From Tepidisphaera sp. (GTDB lineage: Bacteria; Planctomycetota; Phycisphaerae; Phycisphaerales; UBA1924): a DNA stretch of 64,000 nt. Position 1 is the stretch's first letter. Each line of letters starts with the position of its first letter. Below are positions 1 through 10,068 of this stretch, in pieces. Where the stretch lies: the NCBI GenBank assembly GCA_050916045.1, contig CP051526.1, positions 3,712,001-3,776,000 of the forward strand, read 5' to 3'. The position numbers and the translations under genes were made by a program. Under the pieces are notes generated by a model. That model was not told the origin of the DNA, searched no databases, and saw only the letters and a list, made by a program, of their open reading frames with translations.

Positions 1-2
1 AG

Positions 3-80
3 TCGAACAAGGGCATGTTCGTCGAGGGTCCCACTGGCTGGGGCGTGCGACTCCTCGCGGAGTTCGTCGACTCCTTCTGA
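3..80 (+). CDS. 3' end of a gene entering the window, possibly a leucyl aminopeptidase (M17)
   Basis: Frame 3 reads SNKGMFVEGPTGWGVRLLAEFVDSF*, resembling the G-x-TG-x-GVRLL C-terminus of M17 peptidases; only 25 codons are visible. Confidence 0.45.
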   Translation, partial: SNKGMFVEGPTGWGVRLLAEFVDSF

Positions 81-108
81 TCGCCGAGCGAAGGCTCTTG
101 CGGAACCG

Positions 109-1344
109 TCATTTCCGATCTGGTCCGAGTTCCACGCGTGCGACGACCGCGTCGGCGGCTGTGGCCGGAGCCCCGTTGTTCCACACGACCGGCTGCGGCC
201 CTCGGGCGCTTGGTTCCACGATGATCCACACCGTGGCCCGCGGCGTGCTCTGGGTGCTGACCCGGAGTATCTGGTCGAGGGGAGAGCTTGAAGTCCAGGT
301 GGACTTGGCCGGCGGCTGGCTTCGGGTCGCTAGGTCGACCGGAATCTCGGTCTGGCTTGCCGGCAGAAGCACGGTGCCGCTCGCGTCGACGATATCGCTC
401 ACGACGAGGAAACAGCTCCCGCCTGTGAAGCAGCCGCCGAGCCCCCACGCGCCATCGGCGACGATGTGCCACTCGGCAATCGCGGGTTGACCAGACGCGG
501 GAGCGAGCGACTGCGTCCGCGCAACCTCAGCAGGGCTGAGCCACTTCACCTCCAGAAACCGCTCCAGGACGGCCCGCTTGGTCTCCACCGAAAGCGTGCC
601 CGCGGCGAACTCCGCGACGATCCACTTGGCTTCATCGCCCCACGCGTGCAGTTGGAGAGCCTCCCGCGTCAAAAGCCCCCGCACGAGCGTCTCCCGCTGG
701 TCATCGGTCAGCGTCCGCTTGCGAAGCTCGGCCCACTCGTCCATGCGAAACCCGCGGACGCTCGTCACGTGCTTGATCAACGAGCCGGTCGGCATGATCT
801 TCATGAGCGGCCCGCTCAGAGACTGGAAACCGACGATGAACGGGAGGGTGAGGGAGGCAAGAAGCGGCAGGAGCAGGAGGCACGCGAACGCGACGCCCAA
901 TCGGGACCAGCGTTTGTCTCCCACCACGGTCCCGCCCGGCTTGCTCCACTGCGAGCCGCATTCCGGGCAGCGTGCTTGCGAATCGGCCGGGCTTTCATCG
1001 ATCACGCCAGAAAGGTCGTACTCGCACTTGGCGCAGCGCTTGGTGCTACCCGTCCGCTTGGACATCTGGCCGAACACGCCAAAGCTGGCGAACATCATCG
1101 CCATGGGGAGAGACCCGAGCATGGCCCGAAGCACGCTCCCCGAACTGACCATGACGTTGATCGTGGTGAAGAGCGTCAACGTGACGACGCCGGCGAGAAG
1201 GGGCCTCCAGGGGCTCACGGCGAAGGTCATGAACCGCTCACGCACGCGAGGGGAGAGCCTCGGGCCCACAATCGCGACGCCGAGAAGCAGCGTCACCGGG
1301 AGCAGGAAGGCCGCCAGAATGAAGAAGACCACGGCGTACTCCAT
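109..1344 (-). CDS. Membrane protein with CxxC...CPECG zinc ribbon
   Basis: Several TM segments plus CAKCEYDLSG...CPECG; start set at ATG 1344, 5 nt after TACAAT. Confidence 0.75.
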   Translation of the reverse strand: MEYAVVFFILAAFLLPVTLLLGVAIVGPRLSPRVRERFMTFAVSPWRPLLAGVVTLTLFTTINVMVSSGSVLRAMLGSLPMAMMFASFGVFGQMSKRTGSTKRCAKCEYDLSGVIDESPADSQARCPECGSQWSKPGGTVVGDKRWSRLGVAFACLLLLPLLASLTLPFIVGFQSLSGPLMKIMPTGSLIKHVTSVRGFRMDEWAELRKRTLTDDQRETLVRGLLTREALQLHAWGDEAKWIVAEFAAGTLSVETKRAVLERFLEVKWLSPAEVARTQSLAPASGQPAIAEWHIVADGAWGLGGCFTGGSCFLVVSDIVDASGTVLLPASQTEIPVDLATRSQPPAKSTWTSSSPLDQILRVSTQSTPRATVWIIVEPSARGPQPVVWNNGAPATAADAVVARVELGPDRK

Positions 1345-1403
1345 GCCGGATTGTACTGGAACCCGCCGGTGCGGCTCCGCCAGTTGACGGTTATCCTCAC
1401 GGT

Positions 1404-2630
1404 GTGCGGATTTTGCATGTATCAACCCGGCTGATTCTCGGCGGCTCGCAGGAGAACACGGTGCTTTCCTGCGAGGGGCAGGCACGCCTGGGCCACGAGG
1501 TGCACCTCGCCTACGGGCCGATCTTCGGGCCCGAGGGGTCGATGTACGAGCGGGCTTCGACGTTTCGGACCGCGGACGGACGCGGCATCGGCATGCACGA
1601 GGTGCCCGACCTCTGCCGCGAAATCAGCCCGAGCCGCGACCGCAGATGTGTGACGCAGCTCCGCGAGCTCATCGCCAAGCTCAAGCCCGACGTTGTGCAC
1701 ACGCACTCTTCGAAAGCCGGGATCCTCGGCCGCATCGCCGCGTACTCGCACGCTCGAACACCATCGTCCCCCGCAGTGATCCACACCATCCACGGTCCAC
1801 CGTTCATGCCGATCGAGGGCGGGGCGCTGAGGCGGCTGAAGGTGCGCGCGATCAACAAGCTCTACGAGCTTTCGGAGAAGTACGCGGCTCATCGCTGCCA
1901 CCTGATCGTTTCCGTCGCCGACGCGATGACCAAGCAGTTCCTCGCCCGGGGGATCGGTCGCCCGCAGCAGTACATCACGGTTCATTCGGGCATGGAGGTG
2001 GACCGGTACCTCGAGCCGCGGCAACCCTCCGAAACTCGTGAGGCGATGCGGCGGACGCTCGGCTTGGCCGAAACGGACTTCGTCATCGGCACGGTCGCCC
2101 GGTTGGCGGAGCACAAGGGGCACGACGACATTCTGGAAGCGTGTGCGGAAGACCTGCGGGCCCATCCGTCGTGGAAGCTGCTCTGGGTGGGCGATGGCTG
2201 GTGGAAGGAGCGGCTTCTGGCCCGGGTGGAAGCACTCGGGCTCACGGGACGGGTGATCACCACGGGCCTTGTCCCGTCCGAACGGGTGGCGGCGCACATG
2301 CGGGCGATGGACGTCTTGGTACACCCGAGCTATCGGGAAGGGCTTCCTCGCACCGTGCCGCAGGCGCTGCTGGCGGGGGTGCCGGTGGTCGCGACCGACG
2401 TGGACGGGACCGGGGAAGCGTGCATCGATATGGAGACGGGCCGGCTCGTGCCCTTGGGAGACCGGCCCCGCCTGCGGGAAGCGGTCCGGTGGATGTACGA
2501 TCACCCGGATGAACGAGCCAAGCTTGCCAAGCAAGGCCGGGAGATGTGCCGAGTCCGCTTCAGCGCGGAGCACATGGTGGCCCGCTTGGAACAGGTCTAC
2601 GAACGCGGGCTTGCGCTTGCTCGCGAGTAA
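1404..2630 (+). CDS. Glycosyltransferase family 4
   Basis: MRILHV..GG, VHTHSSKAG, PSYREGLPR..PQA, TDVDG GT-B motifs. Confidence 0.92.
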   Translation: MRILHVSTRLILGGSQENTVLSCEGQARLGHEVHLAYGPIFGPEGSMYERASTFRTADGRGIGMHEVPDLCREISPSRDRRCVTQLRELIAKLKPDVVHTHSSKAGILGRIAAYSHARTPSSPAVIHTIHGPPFMPIEGGALRRLKVRAINKLYELSEKYAAHRCHLIVSVADAMTKQFLARGIGRPQQYITVHSGMEVDRYLEPRQPSETREAMRRTLGLAETDFVIGTVARLAEHKGHDDILEACAEDLRAHPSWKLLWVGDGWWKERLLARVEALGLTGRVITTGLVPSERVAAHMRAMDVLVHPSYREGLPRTVPQALLAGVPVVATDVDGTGEACIDMETGRLVPLGDRPRLREAVRWMYDHPDERAKLAKQGREMCRVRFSAEHMVARLEQVYERGLALARE

Positions 2631-4668
2631 GCCCGCCGTGCTTGCGGTTCTGCTTACATCCTCGCTTACGGGTGCCGTAACGGCTCAACCGCTTCAGCTT
2701 GGCCGGCCGGGTTCTCCGCCGCCTGGATCGTGCGCGTCGATTCTGGATCGGGCGGACGCACTGGAAGCCCAAGCCAAGGACGCCCCGCCGACGGTTGCGG
2801 CGCTGCGGACCGTGGCGGCGGCGCTGCTTCGGACGAGCGAGAACGCTTCCCCGGCGCAGCCGCGATCGGTGCTTCTGGCGCTCACGCTGGCGGAGCGTCT
2901 GCCGCTTGTAGAAGCGGTGATCCCGGCGCTTGACGGGACGGCGCAGGATCTGTTCGTTCGGGATGCTCGGGCGTTGGCGGCGGCGGTGCCGGAAGACCCG
3001 ATCGCTCTGTCGCTGGCGGTGCGCGACCTCCTGGCGCCGCTGATGGTCGCCGCGGAGGATCGGTCGCCATGGCTTTGGGAATCAAGCCCGGCCGCGGCTG
3101 ATCTGAAGGCGCTGGACCCTCTGGTGTCGCAGGATCCTGGTCTTGCCGGAGCGTTGTCGGCAATCGCTCGCAGGCTTGCGCTCGCGGACGCGTCGCCGGC
3201 GTACGCCGCGCTTGCGACGGAGACGCGACGGCGGCTTGTGGATGCAGCGGCGCTGGCGCTGGCTCCGCCGCCCTGGTTTCCGGCGCAGAGCAAACCGGCG
3301 GTACTTTCTCAGTTCACGGACGCGTGCCGAAGGCTCGCCGATGAACCCCGAAGCGTCGAGCCGACGCGCCGACTGCGCCGTTTGGCGATGCTCGGCAGAC
3401 TCGCGGCGGGGCTTTCGTCTCAGAAAGGCGCGACGGCGACGCGGGCGCATCAAGCTTTTGTCAAGCTCGCGACGGAAGGACCGTCGAGCGAGCCGGGGGC
3501 TCGCGACGCGGAGATCAGCCGGCTTGAGGCTCTGGTCCGTGCGGCGGAGCTTCTGCCCCGGCGGGACCTGCTTCGCGATGAGAAGAAGGTGGTCCGCCAG
3601 TTCCGGCCCGCCCTCCGCACGATGCTTGATCTGGCGAGGCTGAGCGAAGCCGATCTGCTCGAGGTCCTGCCCGAAGCTCTTCTGGCACAGACCGCCGAGG
3701 AATCCGTCAACTCGCCCAAGTTCATCGCCGCGGTCGCGGCCCATTCCCGCCGTCTGGAGGACGTCGCGGCCATCGTCGCCGCGAGCGAAGCGATCCTCGC
3801 AGCGCAGGGACCGCCCACCCCGCCCACGCCCGCGAACGCCGAGCCCGCCGCCCGTGAAGAGTTCACCCTCCTCGCCAACCGCCTGCTCGCGTTCGCCAAG
3901 GTCGCGTACGAGCTTGGCCAGAAGAATGAGCCCGCCACCCGCGACGCTCTGAACGCGGCACTCGCGAGGGTGCGAGCGCTCGCGGACGACACGAGGGACC
4001 TGGTGCTCATGCCCGGCGAAGCCGAGCTCCGCGCCCGGACGGACGAAGCTTCAAGATCGCTGATCAAGACGATCGACGACGACCGGACCGCGTGGCTCAA
4101 GGGCTGGGGGTCGCCCGACAAGCATCCCATCGAGATCGGTGAGCGGCTCCGCAGGCTCCACCGGGCGATGCTGCTGACGGGCGACGCGCAAGCGATCGTG
4201 CTGGCTCTCGCGGGAAGTGACGACCCGTCCGGGAACGCTTGGCCGGGGTGGGAGATGAGTTCGCAGACGCTCCGCACGCTGGCCGAAGGGCTTGAGGAGC
4301 AGTCGCGGGACCTCGCGGCACAAGCAACCGCCGCCGACGGAGATGCGCGGATCCGCGTGTTCGTGGATCGATACGCGCCGGTCCTGCTCGCTGGGCGCAT
4401 CTCGAGACTCACAGCCCAGGCGTCCAAGCTTGCGTTCGCGGCCGAACTGACCGCCGGGGTGTCCCCTCCCGCCGCCCCATTCGCCGATCGGCTCACAGAT
4501 CTCGCACGGGTCTGTCGCGAAAGCCACGAGCTCGCAGCCCGCGTGCGCGACGGAAAGCCCGGCACGGATTCGCTTCGAGCCTCGGTCACCAAGCGTGCTC
4601 GCGAGTGCTTGGATGAAGCCCCGCTTCCGGCGACCGCGCCTACGCCCGACGTGCCGCCATCGCGGTAA
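2611..4668 (+). CDS. Hypothetical secreted alpha-helical protein (start uncertain)
   Basis: Long Ala/Leu-rich ORF with signal-peptide-like AVLAVLLTSSLTGAVTA; start trimmed from the 2269 ORF. Confidence 0.65.
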   Translation: MRLLASKPAVLAVLLTSSLTGAVTAQPLQLGRPGSPPPGSCASILDRADALEAQAKDAPPTVAALRTVAAALLRTSENASPAQPRSVLLALTLAERLPLVEAVIPALDGTAQDLFVRDARALAAAVPEDPIALSLAVRDLLAPLMVAAEDRSPWLWESSPAAADLKALDPLVSQDPGLAGALSAIARRLALADASPAYAALATETRRRLVDAAALALAPPPWFPAQSKPAVLSQFTDACRRLADEPRSVEPTRRLRRLAMLGRLAAGLSSQKGATATRAHQAFVKLATEGPSSEPGARDAEISRLEALVRAAELLPRRDLLRDEKKVVRQFRPALRTMLDLARLSEADLLEVLPEALLAQTAEESVNSPKFIAAVAAHSRRLEDVAAIVAASEAILAAQGPPTPPTPANAEPAAREEFTLLANRLLAFAKVAYELGQKNEPATRDALNAALARVRALADDTRDLVLMPGEAELRARTDEASRSLIKTIDDDRTAWLKGWGSPDKHPIEIGERLRRLHRAMLLTGDAQAIVLALAGSDDPSGNAWPGWEMSSQTLRTLAEGLEEQSRDLAAQATAADGDARIRVFVDRYAPVLLAGRISRLTAQASKLAFAAELTAGVSPPAAPFADRLTDLARVCRESHELAARVRDGKPGTDSLRASVTKRARECLDEAPLPATAPTPDVPPSR

Positions 4669-6772
4669 GCTCGCGCTGCACCCGCACGAGGACCTCGCCC
4701 CAGTCACCGGGCGCACGCTGCTTGAAAAGCCGGGCCGTCGGATACCACGGCGAATCTTCGCGACCGTCAAGCCATCGCCACTCGGGCACAAATCGGTTCA
4801 GGATCCACACCGGCTTGCCGAGCGCCCCGGCAAGGTGCGCCGCCGACGTGTCCACCGAGATCACAAGGTCAAGCCCCGACATCACCGCCGCCGTGTCGCC
4901 GAACGTCGCGCACCGCGACCCGAGGTCGTGCATTCTCCAGCCCGCTTCGGCAAGCCCCGGAAGGTCCAAAGCACCTTTCCCCTTCTGCAAACTGAACCAG
5001 GTCACCCCCGGCGTCGTCGCCAGCGGCAGCAGCGTCGGCCCGGAGATCGACCGCCCCCGATCGTCGTGATACTCCGGGTTCCCCGCCCACACCAGTCCGA
5101 CGCGAAGCCCGCGGCCGCTCCCGTGTGCGGCTTCCAAACGATCGATCTCACGCTTCCACAGCGCCGCCGACACCATGTCCGCCGCGAGGTACGGCACGCC
5201 GGCGCCAACGGTCGAAAGGTCAAAGCCGAGATCGTGCGGCGCGCTCAGCATCGGCAGCCACGCATCGGCCCGCGGCAGCGGCTGTCCCACCGCGACGACC
5301 TGGTCCACGCCCGGCGCGGTCGACAGAATGTCCGCCAATTCCGGCCTGACGTAAAGCACCACCCGCCCGCACCGCCGCCGCAGCTCCGCCGCGAACCGCA
5401 CGAACTGAATCGCGTCGCCCAGGCCCTGCTCACCCGCGAGGATGACCGTGTCCGTGGGCTTGGCGAGAGCTCGCGACCAGCGGGGCACGTTGAACTGCCG
5501 CGCGAGGTTGCGGTAGGCTTCGAAATGGTGTCGGTGCTCGTAATGGGCCCAGCCGCGCTCAAACTGCCCAAGGCGAAGGAGCATGGTGCCAAGCCGCACG
5601 CTGTTGAGCGGGGTTTCCGGGGCGAGTGCCGCGGCGAGCTCATAGTCCGTCAGCGCCTGGGCGAAACGCCCCTCGCGCTCGTGCGCATGCCCGGTCAGCG
5701 CCGACACGAGCCCGATGGTGGCGGGGTCTTTGGGATCGATCTCAAGCGCCCGACGCGCCGCTTCCAGCGCCCGGTCGTCCGAGTTCATCGTGAGCAGGGC
5801 GATCGCGAGGTTTCGAAGCGGTGTCGGATCGTGCGGCGCAAGCTCCGCGGCCTGCCGCAGGGCTTCCAAGCTCTCCGAGTGCCTACCAAGTTCAGAAAAC
5901 GCCACGCCCATGTTCGCGTACGCGGGCGAGAACCCCGGCAGAATCGCCACCGCACGCTGAAAGGCCGCGATCGCTTCTTCGCGGCGCTGGTCGCCGAGCA
6001 ATGCCACGCCAAGCGCTGTCCACGCGGCGTGGTCGGTGGGGCGAAGCTCGGTCGCCCGCATCGCCGACTCGATCGCGCGGGCACCCTCGCCGATCCGCCC
6101 CAGCACATCGGCCAGCCCCAGATGAGCTTCGCACATCGCCGGCGCGATCGCGAGCGCACGCTCGAACGCGAACCTCGCCTCATCAAAGCGGCCGGCACCC
6201 GCCAGCGCCGACCCCAGCGCCGCGTGGGCGGCGGCAAGGTCCGGCGATGCCGCCGCCGCGTCCCGCGCAGCCCGAACCGCTTCGTCGTGCTGGCCCAGCC
6301 GCGTCAGCGCCGAAGCGAGGTTGCAAAGCACCCCCGCGCGATCGCTCCCTCCGGCTGATCTCACCGCAAGCGACGCCCGGAACCACTCCGCGGCTTCCTC
6401 GTCCCGGCCGAGCTGAAGCAGCACAATACCGAGATTGTTGCGGACCTCCGCGGAGGGGTCGCCCAGCGAGATCGCGTGCTCGTACGCCGCGATCGCGTCG
6501 GCCGTCCGGCCCGAGTCGCGCAAAGCGTTGGCGAGATTCGCGTGGTAATGCGGCACCCGGGGCGCCCGGCCGATCGCCCGCTGCATCAGGTCGACCGCTT
6601 CGGCCAGCCGGCCGCTCGCGTGCGCGATCATGCCCAGCAGATGGGTCGCGTCGGGATTCCCGGGTTCAACGGCGAGCACCTGCCGGTAGATCGCTTCCGC
6701 CCGCGACAAATCACCCGCCCGGTGATGCCGGACGGCCTGTTGCAACGCTTGATCCACCAGCGCTCGGCCCAT
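4640..6772 (-). CDS. TPR-repeat protein with C-terminal GT9-like glycosyltransferase domain
   Basis: Many TPRs, then EQGLGDAIQF, RVGLVWAGNP, DLVISVDT..AHLAGALG, WRW..SPWYP. Confidence 0.9.
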   Translation of the reverse strand: MGRALVDQALQQAVRHHRAGDLSRAEAIYRQVLAVEPGNPDATHLLGMIAHASGRLAEAVDLMQRAIGRAPRVPHYHANLANALRDSGRTADAIAAYEHAISLGDPSAEVRNNLGIVLLQLGRDEEAAEWFRASLAVRSAGGSDRAGVLCNLASALTRLGQHDEAVRAARDAAAASPDLAAAHAALGSALAGAGRFDEARFAFERALAIAPAMCEAHLGLADVLGRIGEGARAIESAMRATELRPTDHAAWTALGVALLGDQRREEAIAAFQRAVAILPGFSPAYANMGVAFSELGRHSESLEALRQAAELAPHDPTPLRNLAIALLTMNSDDRALEAARRALEIDPKDPATIGLVSALTGHAHEREGRFAQALTDYELAAALAPETPLNSVRLGTMLLRLGQFERGWAHYEHRHHFEAYRNLARQFNVPRWSRALAKPTDTVILAGEQGLGDAIQFVRFAAELRRRCGRVVLYVRPELADILSTAPGVDQVVAVGQPLPRADAWLPMLSAPHDLGFDLSTVGAGVPYLAADMVSAALWKREIDRLEAAHGSGRGLRVGLVWAGNPEYHDDRGRSISGPTLLPLATTPGVTWFSLQKGKGALDLPGLAEAGWRMHDLGSRCATFGDTAAVMSGLDLVISVDTSAAHLAGALGKPVWILNRFVPEWRWLDGREDSPWYPTARLFKQRAPGDWGEVLVRVQRELTAMAARRA

Positions 6773-6909
6773 TGGGGAGGAGGGTAGCGTCGGCGACGGG
6801 TGCGGCCCCCGGGCAACCGGCACCGCGCATCCCGGTAGACTGGCCCGAAAGCCGCTCGGTGACAGTCGGTCGGAGCGTCGCCCCGGCACACTTTACGGAG
6901 AACCCTCCC

Positions 6910-8679
6910 ATGTTGACGCTTGCCGCGCTGCTCGCTTGCCCGTTCGCCGTTCTCGCCACGCTTCCCCAGGCCAGCGCCGAGCCGGACCCGGCCGCGGCTT
7001 GGGTCAAGGCGAATGCGCTCGCCTTCAAGACTCCGGAAGCGGGCAACGGATTCGACGACCTCAAGGGGCTCGATGCCATCATCGGCGACGCACGCATCGT
7101 CTCCCTCGGCGAGCCCACGCACGGCACCCGCGAAGCCTTCCAGTTCAAGCACCGGCTGCTCGAGTACCTCGTCGAGAACAAGGGCTTCTCCATCTTCTCG
7201 ATCGAAGCCAACATGCCCGAGTCCTACGCCCTCAACGACTACGTCATCCACGGGAAGGGCGACCCAAGGAAGCTCATCGCCGGCATGTACTTCTGGACCT
7301 GGCGCACCGAAGAGGTCCTCGCCATGGTCGAATGGATGCGAGCCTGGAACGAGAAGAACCCGCCGAGCACCGGCAAGCCGCGCCTCGAGTTCACCGGCTT
7401 TGACATGCAGACCCCCGACGTCGCGTGGAGCATCGCCGACGCCTTCATCGCCAAGCACGCGCCGGACCTCGTGCAGGCGAGCGCTCCGCTCCTCGCGCGC
7501 GTGCGAGCCGCCGCCGCCCGCGCTGGCCAGGCCGGCGAAAGCGCCGGCTGGACCTCCGCCACGGGCTCCTTCCCCGTCGAGACCGCACGCGGAAAGAAGC
7601 TCCGATTCTCCTGCTGGATCCGCACCGAAGGCGTCACCGGCTGGGCAGGGGCATGGTGGCGGTGCGACACCCCCGCCGGGGTCAACGGCTTCGACAACAT
7701 GCAGGCCCAGAACATCAAGGGCGACACCGACTGGAAGCGGTACGAGTTCACCATCGACGTCCCGGCCGACGCTCAAGCGACGTCCTTCGGGTTCATCCTC
7801 AACGGCCCCGGCTCCGCCTGGTTCGACGACATCGAGATCGAGCTCGACGGCGTGAAGTACGAGGATCCCGAAGCCTTCACCTTCGACTTTGAGAACGACG
7901 CCGTCCGCTACCTCCGGGGAGGCTCCGCCGAGTACACGATCGCCCGCAGCAAGACCAAGCCGCGCGGCGGCACCACCTGCCTTGAAATCAAGCGCCGACC
8001 CGAGACCGAGATCCCCAAAGTCTCCCCCGCCGAGGTGCAATCCGAAGCCGAGAAACTCCTCTCGGACCTCCTCGCTCGCCGCGATGAACTGGCGAAGAAG
8101 ACCTCGGAACGGGAAACCGATTGGGCGATCCAGAACGCCCGCATCGTGGCCCAGACCGTCGCGATGTACGCATCCGCCAACGGCTTCAACGCTCGCGATG
8201 AATCGATGGCCGCCAACGTCCGCTGGATCCTCGATCAGAACCCCGGGCGGAAGATCGTCCTCTGGGCTCACAACGGCCACGTCAGCAAGTCCGGTTACAT
8301 GGCCATGAAGTCGATGGGAGCCAACCTCCGCGAGACGCACGCCCAGGACATGGTCGTCTTCGGCTTCGCCACCGGCGCCGGAACCTACACCGCCGCCGAG
8401 AGCATGGCCGGGAGCCTCCGGAGCGACCACAAGCTCGTCGAGCCGCCCGCCGACAGCATCGAGCGTGTCCTCATCGACTCCGGATTGCCCATGGCGATCG
8501 TCAACCTCTCCCGCGCGGACCGCAACGATCCCGCCACCGCGTGGGCGGCCACCAACCGGCCAATGCGAAGCATCGGCGCCCTCGCGATGGACCAGCAGTT
8601 CTACCCGTGCATCGCCGCGGACATGTATGACGTCCTGGTCTGGCAGCGGGATACCACCGCATCCCGCACGCTCAAATGA
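6910..8679 (+). CDS. Erythromycin esterase (EreA/B-like) family protein, secreted, with an inserted beta-sandwich domain
   Basis: LGEPTHGTRE, FTGFDMQ, RDESMAAN, VLWAHNGH motifs; GGAG RBS; signal peptide. Confidence 0.88.
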   Translation: MLTLAALLACPFAVLATLPQASAEPDPAAAWVKANALAFKTPEAGNGFDDLKGLDAIIGDARIVSLGEPTHGTREAFQFKHRLLEYLVENKGFSIFSIEANMPESYALNDYVIHGKGDPRKLIAGMYFWTWRTEEVLAMVEWMRAWNEKNPPSTGKPRLEFTGFDMQTPDVAWSIADAFIAKHAPDLVQASAPLLARVRAAAARAGQAGESAGWTSATGSFPVETARGKKLRFSCWIRTEGVTGWAGAWWRCDTPAGVNGFDNMQAQNIKGDTDWKRYEFTIDVPADAQATSFGFILNGPGSAWFDDIEIELDGVKYEDPEAFTFDFENDAVRYLRGGSAEYTIARSKTKPRGGTTCLEIKRRPETEIPKVSPAEVQSEAEKLLSDLLARRDELAKKTSERETDWAIQNARIVAQTVAMYASANGFNARDESMAANVRWILDQNPGRKIVLWAHNGHVSKSGYMAMKSMGANLRETHAQDMVVFGFATGAGTYTAAESMAGSLRSDHKLVEPPADSIERVLIDSGLPMAIVNLSRADRNDPATAWAATNRPMRSIGALAMDQQFYPCIAADMYDVLVWQRDTTASRTLK

Positions 8680-8694
8680 TGCTCCAGGTCGAGT

Positions 8695-10011
8695 TCACTT
8701 CCCGATCTTGAGGTCCTCGAGGTTGATCTCGGCCTTCTTCTCCGCCGCGGGCTGTTTCGCCGCATCCGCGGCCGGGATCGCGGGGGGCGCGATCGGTTTC
8801 TCGGGCGGGAAGTACGGAATGGCGCGGATGCCCTGCTTGCGGGCTTCGCTGACGATCACCTGCATGTACCGGAACTCGCCCCCGAGCATCTTGCCCGTGT
8901 CGGCTTCCAGATTCTTGGTCCCTGCGCCGAGCGCGCCCTCGAAGCTCTCAAACGACGCTTGGTCGAAGGTCTTCTCGTCGTCCAGCAGCGCCCGGAGCGC
9001 CTTGGTCTTCTCGAAGGTCCCCTTGTCCGCTTTGCCCAGAAGCGTCGTTTCCAGCCCCACCATGTGCTCCCGCCGCGGATCCGTGAAGAACCCGATGTAG
9101 CAGTGGTTCGGCGTCACGAACAGGAAGACCTCGATCCCGATCTTCCGCAGCGCCGAAGCGAGCAGCACGCTCCCGTCCACGCAGTTGGCCTGCTTCATCT
9201 CGATCGATTCATCAAGGAACCGGACGTGCTGGCTCGGCACGGTGTCGATCCGCGTCGAAACGCGGGTGATGTCGCTGTAGGTGATGCCGCGCTGCTGAAG
9301 CACGTTCCAGATCGCGTAGACCTGCTTGAAGACGGCATCCTCGGTCCCCTCCTGATACCCCGTGAAGTTCTCGACGATCCGGGTCTCCAGAGCGTCCCGC
9401 AGCAGGTGATCGATCCAGGGGTGATCCTCGTTCACGTACCCCGCGAACATGAACGCGAGATTGTGGATGGTCGCCTGATCCGTCCCCTCGATCGGCTCGA
9501 CGTGCAGGTACGGGCAGTCGTTGATCGTGTGGATCGTGCAGACGCGGACCTGCTCCTCTTCCTCTTCGTCGCCGAGTTTGACGGTGAAGACGACGTTCGT
9601 CGGGATCGCCTGGCGGACCTTGGCGAGCTCCTTGTACTTCCACTTGATGACCGGAGCGACGCCGTACGTCTCGCCCTGCTTCTCAAGGACGCCCTTGAAC
9701 GTGCTCGGCTCCATCACGTCGTCGCACCGGACCGTCACCCTGACCTTGGTGTTGTCGGCCGGAGCTTTCAGGGTGATGAAGACCCATCCGTCCGGATCGC
9801 CGAGCGTCTGGGCTTTGACCTTTTCCTCCTTCTCGCGTTCCTCGTCGGTCATCAAGTCGGTATCGATCTCAAGGGACTTGGCCGTCCCCATCGTGAGCAC
9901 CAGGGACGGATAGATCTGGTTGCCCGGATCGACGTGCGCCGTCCAAGCGGGCTCGGTGCATGGGATAAAGCTCGACGCGACGATCGCGAACGCGGGAAGG
10001 ATGGACCACAT
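8695..10011 (-). CDS. Secreted protein with transglutaminase-like Cys-His core
   Basis: ANCVDGSVLLAS...PNHCYIG...GLETT; signal peptide; AGGAG RBS. Confidence 0.7.
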   Translation of the reverse strand: MWSILPAFAIVASSFIPCTEPAWTAHVDPGNQIYPSLVLTMGTAKSLEIDTDLMTDEEREKEEKVKAQTLGDPDGWVFITLKAPADNTKVRVTVRCDDVMEPSTFKGVLEKQGETYGVAPVIKWKYKELAKVRQAIPTNVVFTVKLGDEEEEEQVRVCTIHTINDCPYLHVEPIEGTDQATIHNLAFMFAGYVNEDHPWIDHLLRDALETRIVENFTGYQEGTEDAVFKQVYAIWNVLQQRGITYSDITRVSTRIDTVPSQHVRFLDESIEMKQANCVDGSVLLASALRKIGIEVFLFVTPNHCYIGFFTDPRREHMVGLETTLLGKADKGTFEKTKALRALLDDEKTFDQASFESFEGALGAGTKNLEADTGKMLGGEFRYMQVIVSEARKQGIRAIPYFPPEKPIAPPAIPAADAAKQPAAEKKAEINLEDLKIGK

Positions 10012-10068
10012 GAATCGCTCTCCTCGAACAGTGAAAGAAGACGTCTCGCCGCAGGACCTTTGCCGGAC

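Noticed and set aside
4595..6358. Long antisense or alternate-frame ORFs (for example 4595-6358, 8959-11697, 24555-26450, 28117-30066, 61107-63089)
   Set aside because: Shadow ORFs of high-GC genes; they overlap well-supported CDSs and lack motifs
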